The translations under genes were made by a program, and so were the position numbers. A stretch of 64,000 nucleotides of DNA from Endomicrobiales bacterium (lineage in GTDB: Bacteria; Elusimicrobiota; Endomicrobiia; Endomicrobiales; JALOBY01), in assembly GCA_963796955.1 (NCBI GenBank), contig CAWCNJ010000006.1, positions 96,001-160,000 on the forward strand, written 5' to 3'. This document shows, piece after piece, positions 60,701 to 64,000 of the stretch (position 1 is the stretch's first letter; every line of letters starts with the position of its first letter). The notes beneath the pieces are model-generated. The model had not been told where the DNA came from and searched no databases. It saw only the letters and a program-made list of their open reading frames with translations.

Positions 60701-63700
60701 GTTTTTCCGGGACTGAAATAATGCCTGGTTTCGGGCTCGGCGATGCGTCATTAGCTGTCGGGGATGTGGATAACGATGGCGATACCGATATTATTGCCAG
60801 TGGCGGTAACGGCGCTGCCAATTTGCTTTTGTTCAAGAATAAAAACAGTGAGATGGGCAATGCCAACATCGCTCCAGTGCCGCCGTCAGGCTTGTCATAC
60901 CAGTCTTCATATTTCATATCAAATTCAACCGTCATTATAACCTGGCCTGCCGCCCAATATGATACCGGCATGTCATCGCGCACATTGTCCTTTCAGGTGG
61001 TTATCGCTTCCGCCCCCATGATGCTTGCCTCTAACCAGTCGCTGATAACATCGCCGGGGGCTTTTATAACCACCTGGGCGGCCGAGGCAGACGGTTTCGG
61101 CACCTTTAACCGCCCCGTGGCAAAGATCTGGGGCTCGGATATATCGCCCAAGTTCGGTTATCAGCTGAATTTAACCACAGCATCTATTACCGGCGACACG
61201 TCGTACTACTACCGCGTGCAGACGATAGACGGAGACCTCAAGCGCAGTACCTGGTCTGCGGAAAGTAAGTTGTATATACCCATGGGGCCTGCGCCGGCAG
61301 CCATTACGAACCTTACAGCGCTTACCGGCGCTTCCGGCGGAGAAATAAAGCTGAGCTGGACGTTCCCTGGCGCGGACGGCACAGCGAACAACCTAGTCGG
61401 CGGCGTATTTAAGATACGCTACTCATCCTACACTACCGGGTCAGCCGGGTTCTGGACCGATGCGGCCTCTAACTGGGTCGATCAGGTCAATAAATATCAG
61501 GTAACCATAGCAACGAATGCCACATTGAGCAAAACGCAATCAGCCACGCTGGTCGGTTTAACTCCCGGCGTAACGTATTATGCCCGCGCCTGGACCCGCG
61601 ACGAGGTTGGCGTTGACAGTACCAGCTGGAACGGTAACTGGTCGGCGTTGTCTAACGGCGCGACCGCCTGGGCGATGACGGCAACATCACCGCAGGTAGT
61701 AAGCGACCTGGTGGCTACGAACAACAGCGCGATAGGCGCCGTTAAGCTTACCTGGACGGCCCCCGGCGGCAACGGGCAGACCGGCGACCTGAACGCAGGT
61801 TCCGCCTTTAAGATAGAATATTCGACGGTCAATGTCATCACCACCAATAACTTTACCGCAATGCAGTCCACCATGGCTATCCAGAGCATAACTATTTCCA
61901 CGGTTACCAGGGCCATGACCACGCAAACCTATAACGTCGGCGGTCTGACGAACAATAAGCAATACTGGTTTGCGATCGAGACGGAAAACTCCCAGGGCAA
62001 CTGGTCTACATGGTATTCCTCCGCCACGGGAGACACACACACTACCTACAATATACTCGCAAGCACCGTTTGTTCCTTCGCCAATCATCAGCCCGCTATA
62101 TCCAATCTGGAACAGTTGAATGGCTCACTGGTCTCCATGACTTCGTTTACCTGGACGAACTCCGGCACGCTTATGTCGTCTTTCACGATCAGCGATGCTG
62201 ATTACGGCCAGCAGGTGCGGTTTGTTGTACAAATAACTTCCGCCACTAACAACGCCGGCGCCGCTAACTGGGCAACGCTATTCCAAACCGCCCGCTCAGG
62301 CCTGATTCCTCAGGGAACAACGACGTATATTTGGCCCGCATTGAACCCGAACGCATTCTACTGGTGGCGGGCGTGGGCGGAAGATTCGTACGGGTTATCC
62401 TCCACCACATCAACGGCGCTCGTCAGCGGCGGCTCGGCCGTGCTCGCCTACAAAACACCGTTCAATCCGGCTTTTATAGAGCCGCAGCCCGGCTGGGGAA
62501 TTGGTTGGCATGGCCCGGCCGTTTCATGGGGAGATTTCAACGGTGACGGTTATCAAGACCTTGCCATCGGCGGTAACGATAGCAACAATCAGTATATGAG
62601 GGTGTACATGAACAACGGCGCGGGGGGCTTTAATTCTTATGTGGAGCCGCAGCCCGGCCACGGTGTGCGTCTGGGGGAGATGCAGTGGGGAGACTTTAAT
62701 AACGACGGAAAACTGGACCTGGCCGTTACCGGTTACGATGGTGATCCAGGACTTTGCCGGGTTTATATAAACGCAGGCAACGGCACATTCAGTGCAAGTT
62801 ATGTGGACGCAACCTCGGGCTGGGGAAGGTATTACGGCAACCTTGCCATGGGAGATTATAACAACGACGGCAACCTGGACCTGGCCGTTATCGGTACCGC
62901 CGACATAAACCCGCTGCGCGTTTTCAGGATATACCGTAATAAAGGCGACGGCACCTTTGATACCAATTTTGTCTCGCCGCAATCAGGCTGGGGTATCAGC
63001 GGTGATGACAGTAACAGCACGGATTATACCCGTGTGGCCTGGGGTGACTTTGAGAACGACGGCGACCTGGATATAGCCACTTGCGGTATTGATACCAACA
63101 ACACGCAGGTTATGCGCGTTTACAAAAATAACGGGGACGGTTCCTTTAATTCGACTGCGGCTTTGATAACGAACACCGTCTATGATCTGGCCTGGGGCGA
63201 TTACGATAACGACGGCTTTCTGGATGTTATTGCCGCATCGGCAACGACCATCTGCGCCTTCCGAAATAACGGCAACGGCACATTGAACGCAACGCCGGTA
63301 AATATACTGGGGAATCTTAACATTGCCAACACCAGGATATCCCTGGGAGATTATGATAACGACGGCAATATCGATATAGCTGCTACCGGCCAGGATATCG
63401 CGTCGGGTCAAGGTATGCTGCGGTTTTACCACAGCCTCGGCAACGGTAACTTCGATCAGTCCCCTGTGAATATACTGCCAGGGTGGGGAATGTACCAATG
63501 CGGGGCGATGGCGCTGGCGGATTATGACAATGACGGAGGTATTGATATCGCTGTAGCCGGCCAGGGAAGCGGAACGGCCACCGATTGTTATCTGCGCGTC
63601 TTCAATGATATGCAGGCACAGCTCGGGAACGCAAATACTGCGCCGACGGCGCCGGCCATATCCAGTATGACCTTCAGCTACAGTGCGCCACAGAGCACTT

Positions 63701-64000
63701 TCACTATAACCTGGCTGCCCGGCCAGTACGATGTAAGCCATTCATCCAATTCAGTTTATTATGAGCTGGCAGTTTCAACATTTTCCACAAGCCTTTCTGC
63801 CGACAGTAAACGGCTTACGACTGGCGGCTGCTACCAGTCTCCCTGGAATTTCGGAACCCCGAACCTGGGCAGTTTCATCCGTCCCGCTGTCTCCACCAAC
63901 TGGGCAGGCGTTAAGGGCACCCAGATGGTTGGCTATACCATTACGCCCTCAACAAATGATTATCTGCTGAACGCCACAACGTTCTATTTCCGAGTTCAGA
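48788..64000 (+). CDS. Second giant FG-GAP/Fn3-like secreted protein (>5,000 aa, runs off the right edge); 1-nt frameshift near 57985
   Basis: Signal peptide homologous to gene 1 (AIIFAVAALLFLPSVSMA). The track ORF 48758-58219 leaves the paralog frame at GS^VPPRF. In the new frame the repeats continue to 64000 with no stop that I could see (...YLLNATTFYFRVQ). Six propeller modules lie in the window. Confidence 0.85.
57404..58433 (+). repeat. Copy of 12372-13402 inside giant gene 2
   Basis: Sequence identity seen directly; the small ORFs in the track are also duplicated (12497-12787 = 57529-57819 and 13034-13336 = 58065-58367). Confidence 0.9.

Noticed and set aside
12190..63970. The many short antisense and alternate-frame ORFs over the giant genes
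   Set aside because: They are shadows of the repetitive coding strand, with no recognisable domains or independent signals.
10424..64000. Whole giant-gene region as an integrative island at typA
   Set aside because: The typA duplication brackets only the 1.24-kb ATPase segment. No integrase, transposase or conjugation gene is visible.

Overview
Bacterial chromosomal window of moderate GC; the protein style suggests Elusimicrobiota or a related diderm lineage, but that is inference only. Bases 1-10.5 kb hold housekeeping genes: a partial YgiQ-family radical SAM gene, prmA, glnS, a FecR-domain gene, a secreted hypothetical, an ABC-F ATPase, a response regulator, an unannotated 21-aa Lys-rich micro-ORF and typA. 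From 10.5 kb to the end lies a tandemly repeated unit: [leaderless AAA+/DUF4143-type ATPase] - [conserved ~150-bp promoter module] - [giant secreted FG-GAP beta-propeller/Fn3-like protein] - [PorV/SprF-like beta-barrel + TPR gene, seen only in unit 1]. Giant gene 1 (11934-45343) encodes about 11,100 aa once a single-base frameshift near 18900 is repaired. It has 11 propeller modules, 13 tandem Ig/Fn3-like repeats and a T9SS type-B-like C-terminal sorting domain. Giant gene 2 (48788 to beyond 64000) has a frameshift near 57985 and at least 6 propeller modules. The two genes use the same linker grammar and share a ~1-kb block that is almost identical, which points to recent module shuffling or gene conversion. 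The first ATPase gene is bracketed by a synonymously diverged duplicate of the typA 3' end. Both ATPase promoters carry direct repeats with a 33-bp period.
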